A DNA stretch of 64,000 nt from Octopus vulgaris. Lineage: Eukaryota. The stretch lies in assembly GCA_951406725.2 (NCBI GenBank), contig OX597815.1, forward strand, positions 204,538,001 to 204,602,000. Reading direction: 5' to 3'. The notes beneath the pieces were generated by a model, which ran no database searches, was not told the DNA's origin, and worked only from the letters and a program-made list of their open reading frames with translations. Shown here one piece after another: positions 56,085-64,000 of this stretch (its first letter is position 1; each line of letters starts with the position of its first letter). The position numbers and the translations under genes were made by a program.

Positions 56085-57375
56085 TTGGGTTGGCAACTAA
56101 GTAACCGCCGTTTTTTTTTATTTTTTAATTTATTGCGTTTTTAAAATTCAGAATCTTTTTTTTTTTTTCGAGAATTCTATTTTTTAATCATTTTGGAATT
56201 TTAGTTAATTTTTGATTGTTTTCAGATTATTAAAATGGAATATCAAGTTAAGAAAAACGAGCATTTTTGACACCTCCTTTTTACTTTTAATCAAGGTTCT
56301 AAGGCCGCAAAAGCTGCTCGCGTCATTTGTGCTGTGTAAGGAGAGGGTGTCATAGCTGAAAGAACCGCTCGTGATTGGTATGCCAAGTTCAAAAATGGAA
56401 ATTTTGACCTCAAAGACGCACCTCGTTCTGGCCGTCGAGTTGAGTACGATGAAGAGCGATTAAACCAGCTTTTGCACGAAAATTCTCGTCAAACGACAAG
56501 GGAACTGGCAGAGAAAATGGAATGCTCTCATATTGCTAGAGAGAAGCATCTTCACTCGATGGGAAAGGTTCAGAAATGTGGAGCATGGGTTCCGCATACT
56601 TTAAGTGACAACAACAAAAATCAACGAGCCACAATCTCCGCTGGTTTGCTTGCTCGTCACCGCTCAACTCATGGACACAAGGAACGATTTCTTTACCGAA
56701 TCGTTACTGGCGACGAAAAATGGTGCCTGTACATCAGTATGAAGCAGCGTAAGGAATGGCTTAGCCCCGGTAAACAAGCGACACTGCGCGTGAAACAAGC
56801 TCTTCATCCGCGTAAAACGATGTTGTGCGTATGGTGGGACTGGGAAGGGATTATCCCTTACGAATTGCTTGAACGGAACCAAACGGTCAACGCGGAACTC
56901 TATGTTAAACAGATGGAACGACTCAACACGGCTATTCAAGAGAAAAGACCTAATCGGCAGCATGGAGTTCTTCTGCTGATGGAGTTCTTCTGCTGCTCGA
57001 CAACACCCGCCCTCATATCGCCAGTATGACCAATAAAGTCATTCAAACGCATGGCTGGGAAGTGCTACCACACCCGCCGTACTCTCCTGATTTGGCACCA
57101 ACGGATTTCCACCTCTTTCGATCTCTTTCAACTGCTATGCGCGGAGTTTCGTTCAATACTGATGCAGAATTGAGAGCTTGGTTGCATCAACTTTTTTCGA
57201 GTCGAAATCGGGTGATTTCTACCAACGAGGTGTTGAAAATCTTGTTGAACGTTGGAAAGAAGTTGTAAACAACAAGGGTGAATACATTATTAATTAATTA
57301 GTTGTTATTTTTTTATTAAACATTTTTAAAAATTTAAATTTTAAAAAAACGGCGGGAACTTAGTTGCCAACCCAA
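56085..57375 (+). mobile_element. full-length mariner element (mellifera-like), inactivated transposase
   Basis: TA TSDs, TIR TTGGGTTGGCAACTAAG, 1291 bp; ATG 56235; WVPHTL, TGDEKW, HPRKTMLCVWWD, YSPDLAPTD; early stops and a 17-bp tandem duplication (56962-56995) just before the HDN position. Confidence 0.95.
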
Positions 57376-58756
57376 TACGACTGTGGACAGGAATTTTAAG
57401 AAACAAATGAAATTTACACTTTTCTCACACTCTCAAGAACTCACCATCATACATTATGGTATCTACTTCATCCACGCCTTGTGTTCTGAGTTAGAATCTT
57501 TGTCTGGTATAAAATGTCATCTAGGGTTGATATTAAAATAACAAAGTGATAAAACCAATTGCTAATGCATTCATCCTTCTTCTATTAAACTTTTGTTTGT
57601 AAACAATGAAAACTTTGGTATTGGATTCATTGATTTTTTTTTACAAGGTATTCTAAAATGAATAATTCATTTGCATTTTACAGAGCAACATTGATTTATA
57701 GTTTCAAGCATCTGATAAAAGAAAATCGATTCTTCTCGATAAATTCAAAACACATATAATCAATTATTGCACTTTAGATTTATCATATCGATTGACTTCT
57801 TCCTGAGAAACATATAATGACGGGAATCTAGAAAATGTGACGGTCATGTTTTTTCTCCTGTTACTTAATATGACCTAAATATATTAAGTTTCCAACAAAA
57901 AGAAGTAATTCAATCACAGACCTAGCTAAGAAATTACTTTACTGTTATTTACTTCCTGTCATGCATTTGAGAAATCTCACTAGCGAAGCAGTTTGGGGAA
58001 CAGATATGGCTGTGTAGTTAAGAAGTTCGCGTCGCAATCACGTGGTTTATGTTATGTTCCTACGGCTCTACGTCTTGAAAAAATGTCGGCTATAACAATC
58101 TCGGATCGCCTCAAGTCTTGTGAGTAAAACTGTAGGAATCATTTGGATGGATTGTATCCATTTTTGAGGTGGTATACTAAATCTTCTCCGTTTTAACACA
58201 CCCACCTGGCATTGGTTGCCTTTAACAGAACTCCTTTGGTAACGGTCGAACCAAGCCTCCAGATTGAGGCTAATTCGCTACGCTGTTTCTAGTACTGCAG
58301 CCAGTAATTTTCTTCTTTGTTCACTACCAGTGCAGACGCCCTGAAAAAAGGCTTCATTGCTGCCCTTCTTCCTCAAATGAAGCCATAAAAAAGCATAAGA
58401 AAATGTCAATAACTAAAAATCATAACCGAATCAGAGTTGGGCCTGGTTACGCTTTTTAACTCTCATATACGATGTTTTTCACTATTATTTGCAAAATGAT
58501 ATCTAAACATTATCATATTGATTTTTATCCCTTTTCTTTCTTTCATTTTCCAAAAGGAGATATTTTATATAAGAGAAACCGTATGAGTAGAGTTTTATAA
58601 ATTATGTTGTTCACATATCCCATAAAAAAGGCGTGTTATTTGAAAAAGTCTCTGGATTCTAGTTATTCTAATTTCAAAATAGTCCAGTTGTCATAACTAA
58701 TTCAGAGAAGATGATGTTAACAATGCTCATTTTCCTTGACTTTTGTTTAATTTCAG

Positions 58757-58851
58757 TGGAGCGTCTCCAGCTCGGATTGTTGCAGCCAAAATTATTATGA
58801 TCATACTATTAGCCATGACGATAGTGTTGGCGTGTTTGGACAGCAGTTCAT
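58757..58851 (+). CDS. SLC29A1-like: ENT exon, TM3 (SGASPARIVAAKIIMIILLAMTIVLACLDSSS)
   Basis: Conserved R-I before TM3 and D-S after it; TTTCAG/GTAAGT; phases 2 and 1 fit neighbours. Confidence 0.92.
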
Positions 58852-59465
58852 GTAAGTAACCAATGATGTAGATAAACAAAAATACAAATATTAAAAGTAT
58901 AGATTCAAAAAATATTTTTCTAACATCAATAGACAGGGTAACACCAATAGTCAACATCATCAGTTAAGACTTGCATTGAGTTATTTTGTCTTTTTTATTT
59001 TGTTTTTGAAATTCACCGATAACTTATTGATACAATAGATTGAACTTTCTAAGAAATTGGTTATTTCATAGAATGATAAATATCGAGAGTGATTTACTCG
59101 TAGTTCGACATCTGAGTATCGATACATGTCTTAACAATTTATGAAGAAAAGACTATTGGGCAATGAAATAATATACATGGGACATACATAACATGGAATT
59201 TCCTCGCGTATTCGATTATATGTTTTATTTAAATATAGAATGTTACTTATTCATTCTTAGTATTACTAATCAAATAGAGTATCTTAATAGTAATGATATT
59301 TGTAATGAATATTTAAGAATCATTAGCAACGTAAAATATTCATTCAATTAAAAGAGAGAGTTCGATATTTATTTCACTACATCACTGAATGTTTTTTCAC
59401 TGTCCCTAAATGTTTATGGACGTTTTTCTTCAATATATAATGGACTTTTTTTTAATCTTTTATAG

Positions 59466-59516
59466 GGATAAAAGTATTTTTCATTCTTACACTTTGTACA
59501 GTGGTAATGATTAACT
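59466..59516 (+). CDS. SLC29A1-like: ENT exon, TM4 start (WIKVFFILTLCTVVMIN)
   Basis: W..FF..T....V..IN motif; TATAG/GTAAGT; phase 1-1. Confidence 0.93.
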
Positions 59517-59706
59517 GTAAGTATATAAAAACAATTATGATATATTGTACATTTATAAAATAGTTCTATCAAAGATCCATTTATGTAATTTGATTTTGCA
59601 GTGACTAATGTCGAACATATGTACCATGTTTTATCTATGTTGAATCGCTAGCTTCTGCACGCATTTTTTTCTCTCCTTGTTTCTCTCCGTGTTTCTTTTC
59701 TGTGTA

Positions 59707-59744
59707 TCTTTCTGTTGAAGAGCGTAGGCTCGAAACGTAAAAGA
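59707..59744 (+). ncRNA. minimal hammerhead-like motif with non-canonical core
   Basis: UCUUU-CUGUUGA-A-GAGC-GUAG-GCUC-GAAACGU-A-AAAGA; A6 replaced by U. Confidence 0.5.
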
Positions 59745-59983
59745 CTTGTTTTATTTATATTCCTGAGCACCATACTAATACAATTGTTTGTTTGTACTCC
59801 ACCTGCCTTCGTCTTTTGTTTATTTTCATAAAGCTTCCCATGTTTTATCTAACTGGACAAAACACCTATAAATGGCCGCCTCACGACCGATGAAATATTT
59901 GGGGGTCAGAGTCACGATCACTAGTCTCAAACTTATTCGCCACAAGCTTTTCAAAAAATAATCTGGGATAACCTAATATTTAC

Positions 59984-60230
59984 AAACTCTTGCTATCGTT
60001 TAAGATACACCAACCAAACGATGATGCTGTTGTTGGTGCTGTTTTGCCCTTGTAAAGCAGGCCTGTATTAAAGATTTTAGGCATGACCAAAGAGTTTCTT
60101 TGTACACTTATATTTACATTGTCCAATGTGTACTTGCTTTTTTTATAAGATGCTATTTCTAGCAAGTCGGGGACCACATTATGGCTCTGTCGTTGGATCG
60201 TAAAGGAAACTGTAGAAGGAAACTGCTGCA
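59984..60230 (-). other. candidate antisense coding exon (unknown protein)
   Basis: Open frame, AG/GT ends, phase-1 start compatible with 61386-61670; no recognised homology. Confidence 0.3.
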
Positions 60231-60585
60231 CTAAGTTTACTATTATTTAATATTCGCTGTAAAATTGCATAAATATATAACGGTAAATAAAAGCATATTT
60301 GCTATAATTTTTAAGCGCTATTAGCAACACAAATATTATTCGTTTTCTAATTTCCTCCAAAATATTATTTAAGTAGTTGAGTTTGAAGTAAAGCAGAAAG
60401 AATGTGAAACTATGTAGGAAGAATATGGAAGTTATACCAAAGAAAGTGTAACGATAAATGAATCCTGATAAAGGGTGAAAAGTTCAATATCCCATCAGAG
60501 TCTTTTTTTCCGTTTTTATGGAAAGTGGGGCGCTAAAGAAAGTCTTAAAGGCCACAACTATAACCGTGACACTACTTTAAAAACC

Positions 60586-60801
60586 TAGGGTCGATGTAAT
60601 CGGCTAGACCCAAAAAAATTTCAGGCATTGTGCCTTAAGTAGAAAGGATTATTATTATTATTATTATTATTATTGTTATTATTATTATTATTATTGTTAT
60701 TGTTATTATTATTATTATTATCATTATTATTATCATTATTATTATTATTGTTATTGTTATTGTTATTATTGTTGTTGTTGTCGTTGTTGTTGTTGTTTTT
60801 A

Positions 60802-60838
<37 letters not shown>

Positions 60839-61055
60839 GGCGGTGAGCTGGCAGAATCGTTAACACCCTGGAGGAAATACTTAGCGGTATTTCGTCCGTC
60901 GCTACGTTCTGAGTTCAAAATCCCCAGTGGTTGATTTTGCTTTTTGTCTTTTCGGAGTCGATAAAATAAGTACCAGTTGAAGACTGGGGTCGATGTCATT
61001 GACTCATCCCCACCTCCCCCAAACTGCCCTTGTGACAAAAATTTGAAATGATAAA

Positions 61056-61145
<90 letters not shown>

Positions 61146-61350
61146 GGCAGTGAGCTGGCAGAATCGTTAGCACGCCGGGCAAAATTCTCACGTTCTGAGT
61201 TCAAATTCTCCACCGAGATCAATTTTGTCTTTCATCCTTTCGGCGTCGATAAATTAAGTACCAGTGAAATACTGGGGTCGATGTAATCGACTAGTCCTCT
61301 CCGCTCCCAACCACCCCCAAATTTCAGGCCTTATACCTTTAGTAGAAACG
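60586..61350. mobile_element. cluster of family C SINEs separated by (ATT)n tracts
   Basis: Heads at ~60837 and ~61145; (ATT)n 60648-60836 and 61056-61144. Confidence 0.85.
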
Positions 61351-61385
61351 ATTATTACTATTATCAACTTTGTTATTTAACTCAC

Positions 61386-61670
61386 CTTCTCTCAACCCCC
61401 GATATGTTTCATCTGTCGTGAGGTGACCAGCTGACTTAATTCTCTGTGCTATCGTATATTTTCCTAATGTCAGATCGTAACTTCTTATAGCCTCAGTGTT
61501 GTAAATGTCGGTCGATATAACACAGCCAGGTAGAGTAATTTTGTCAAGAAAATATATACCTACAATATTTTTGCGTATTCTATTCTTCCTTTGAAATATA
61601 TCTAACCTCGAAGAGGTTAGATATATTGTTTGACCTGGATAGAAGTACTGGATATCGATGAGTTGAATAT
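61386..61670 (-). other. candidate antisense coding exon (unknown protein)
   Basis: Within a 132-codon non-repetitive ORF; acceptor TATACAG, strong donor AAG|GTGAGT; phase 1-1. Confidence 0.33.
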
Positions 61671-61996
61671 CTGTATACAATATATAGATTATATCGCAAT
61701 CAGTACATTTGAGTTCAAGTTTCAATTTCAGATACACATATTAACCTTGAATTTTGATTCATAAAGACGTTTTACCATTTTGATATTTCAAATCTAAGAT
61801 AAAGAAGTTAAAACGTTCTTTTTACACGTAGCCCTCAAAATTAATTGGAAATAACATTATCAAAGAGAATAGAGAACCAGAGAAGCTATTTAGCAGCAGG
61901 AGATTATCTTTGCCTTTTATGCCTTAAAGATCAGTAAAACTGATGTCATTGTTTCCTTATGAATAGATATCAATCTTCATTTTGGTTTTGTTTCAG

Positions 61997-62082
61997 CTGC
62001 AACTTCGGTTTTCCAGAATAATTTGTTTGGGATAGGTTCTGTGTTGCCAGGAAAATACATTAATGCTGTGTTAATTGGAGCC
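61997..62082 (+). CDS. SLC29A1-like: ENT exon, TM4 end to TM5 start (SATSVFQNNLFGIGSVLPGKYINAVLIGA)
   Basis: Q..LFG....LP..Y..A...G motif; TTTCAG/GTAAGT; gene continues past the window. Confidence 0.95.
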
Positions 62083-62394
62083 GTAAGTAATTTGGAATTT
62101 CTATTCCAATTTTTTTTTTTTTTTTTTTACATTTTCAAAAAGCAACACACCTTGAAAAAAAGAGTATGATGGGGAGGAAGAGACGGGGGAAGATGGTAGG
62201 AGGGGACTAATGGTTTCAGCGTTGATGCTGCAATTGTTGCTGCTTAACCCTTCAATTCAATCTCTGATTAAGCAAATCAAAGGCGTTCCGACCACAAACA
62301 GTCAATTTTTTTCCTTTTGTTAAATAATGTATGACCACATTATCCACTGTCTGTCCATTTTCTATGATAATACGATAAGGTATGAGAGATATTT

Positions 62395-63920
62395 GGTATA
62401 CGCCCTCCTTCAGTTTTGCCTCGGTGATTTTTGGAAATTTGGCCTTCACATATTCAAAACCTTTTTAGCTTTTCCTGGCAAGTGTCTTCACGAATTGTTT
62501 CATGAGGCCAAGCTTTATATGAAGAAGGGGAAGAAGAACATTTTCTGGGTTTAAAAATGGCTTACCCTGGATGCTAGAAGCTCCCGGCTCATATGATTTT
62601 CGCAAAGGCCACTCTGATTGCACACAGTGCCTGTTAGTTGCACGACTGTCCCATAGGCATAAAAAGCAACGATATTTTGTGAACCCAGATTGCATTCCCA
62701 TCAACATTCCAATAACCTTCAAGTCTCCACATATTTTCCAGCTGTAGTTTGTATACTTTATGGCATTGAAGAGTACTTGCATGTTTTCATAACACTCCTT
62801 CAAGTGCATTGACTGTCCTATGGGAATGGATGGTTTCTTATTACTGTTGTGTAGTAGCACTGCCTTGAGGCTTCTCTTAGATGAATCAATGAATAAGCGC
62901 CATTCAGCTGGAACATGCTCTTTGAACAAACAGCGAAATAACTGATCATACTAAAACAAAGTGGTCCAGCAACAGAGAAGCATGAAGTCAGATACCTATT
63001 TCTCTTCCTGAAATGAGTAATACAAACATCTTTCTTAAGCAGACACTTTTCTTGTAGGCGAGATGCAAATAGTTCAGCATTATCCTTCGACAATGACAAA
63101 TCTCTAACTAAATCATTTAATTCTCCTTGAGAAAATTTCTGTGGTAGGTCTTCATTTTCAATCGTGAAATCTGCATCCACTTCAGTGTCTTCCACAGCAG
63201 TATTATTTTCTTCAGGAAATACATCTTCGTCAGACATCTGAAGGCCATTTTCTGGTGGTATTGGAATAGGAAGATCAACATCATTGTGTTGTACTGGTCT
63301 TCTTGCTGATTCCAAGTTGGGATACACAATCTTATTCTTGGTCTTTACAGTAAACCCACATACATTAATGTTGCAGAAATAACAGTCCATGAAATGATCC
63401 TTTGGCTCTCTCCATATCATAGGTATTGCAAACGGCATTGCTGTCTTCCTCTTATTTAGCCAATCCCTTAGTCCATTTGAACAAGCTGAGCAGATGATGT
63501 GTGGGGCCCAACTCATCTTGATCCCTGAGAGAGCAGCCAAAGTATAACTGGTAGATCTTCTTGACTTCACTTGTGATGACACGTTGCTGAGCTTTGGTGG
63601 TAAATGAACCACAGATATGACAAAATATATCGGGACTGTTCTTGCAATGCCTTGGCATCCTGAGTAGAATTTGATGGTGAAGATGATTTGGCACCTTAAC
63701 AGAAAGTAAAATTTATGAAAAGAAAAGATTATGAAAACATAAAATTACAAAATGACTACAAATAGTTATAAAACAGAAGTCAGAATTTACCTGTATAAGA
63801 CGTTTACGTGTAGCGATACTGCTTATAGGAGTTATATACCTTTCTTATCTCATCAGAAAAACCTGTGACTGAAAGAAGGGAGCCGATTACATTTTTGAAA
63901 TCTGCGAACAAAACTACATA
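62395..63920 (-). mobile_element. Chapaev3-like (CMC superfamily) DNA transposon, frameshifted and 3'-truncated
   Basis: CKNSPDIFCHICG, WAPHIIC, MPFAIPMIWREPKDH..DCYFC, WRLFIDSSKRSLKAVLLH, GDLKV, CFLCLWDSR, LHIKLGLMKQFVK; ends after FPKITEAKLKEGV. Confidence 0.8.
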
Positions 63921-64000
63921 AATGGCGGTGCCCCAGCATGGCCACAGCTCGTGAGCTGAAACTAGATAAAATAAAATAAAATAAAATATAAAACACCATA

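Noticed and set aside
58727-58960. Hydrophobic minus-strand ORF overlapping the ENT TM3 exon
   Set aside because: Antisense shadow of the exon plus AT-rich intron; no compatible splice sites found

Overview
Repeat-dense, AT-rich animal genomic DNA. The tRNA-derived SINE families and microsatellite load are most consistent with an Octopus species (inference from repeat recognition). Most ORFs in the supplied track are microsatellite or SINE artefacts. The one clear host gene is the 5' half of a + strand equilibrative nucleoside transporter (SLC29A/ENT): seven phase-consistent coding exons between 41121 and 62082 (N-tail to the start of TM5), a plausible first exon at 26928-26984, and continuation beyond the window. 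Just upstream lies a nested fold-back locus (about 16.5-25.7 kb). It has two ~3.2 kb inverted arms built from a dead Tx1/L1-type LINE plus its flank, an inner ~430 bp inverted pair of RTE 3' ends, and a perfect 47-bp hairpin at a 5'-inverted LINE junction bounded by a 16-bp TSD. Other notable items: a palindromic pair of minimal hammerhead ribozymes in the putative ENT intron 1; an ENT acceptor fed directly by a ~300-bp (ATT)n tract; a 3' tail shared by the LINE, a SINE family and an ORF1-only element; candidate antisense exons interleaved with ENT; and remnants of mariner, Tc1-like, Chapaev3-like, Helitron, CRE-like, R4/Dong-like and LTR elements. All coordinates were read by eye and repeat boundaries are approximate.
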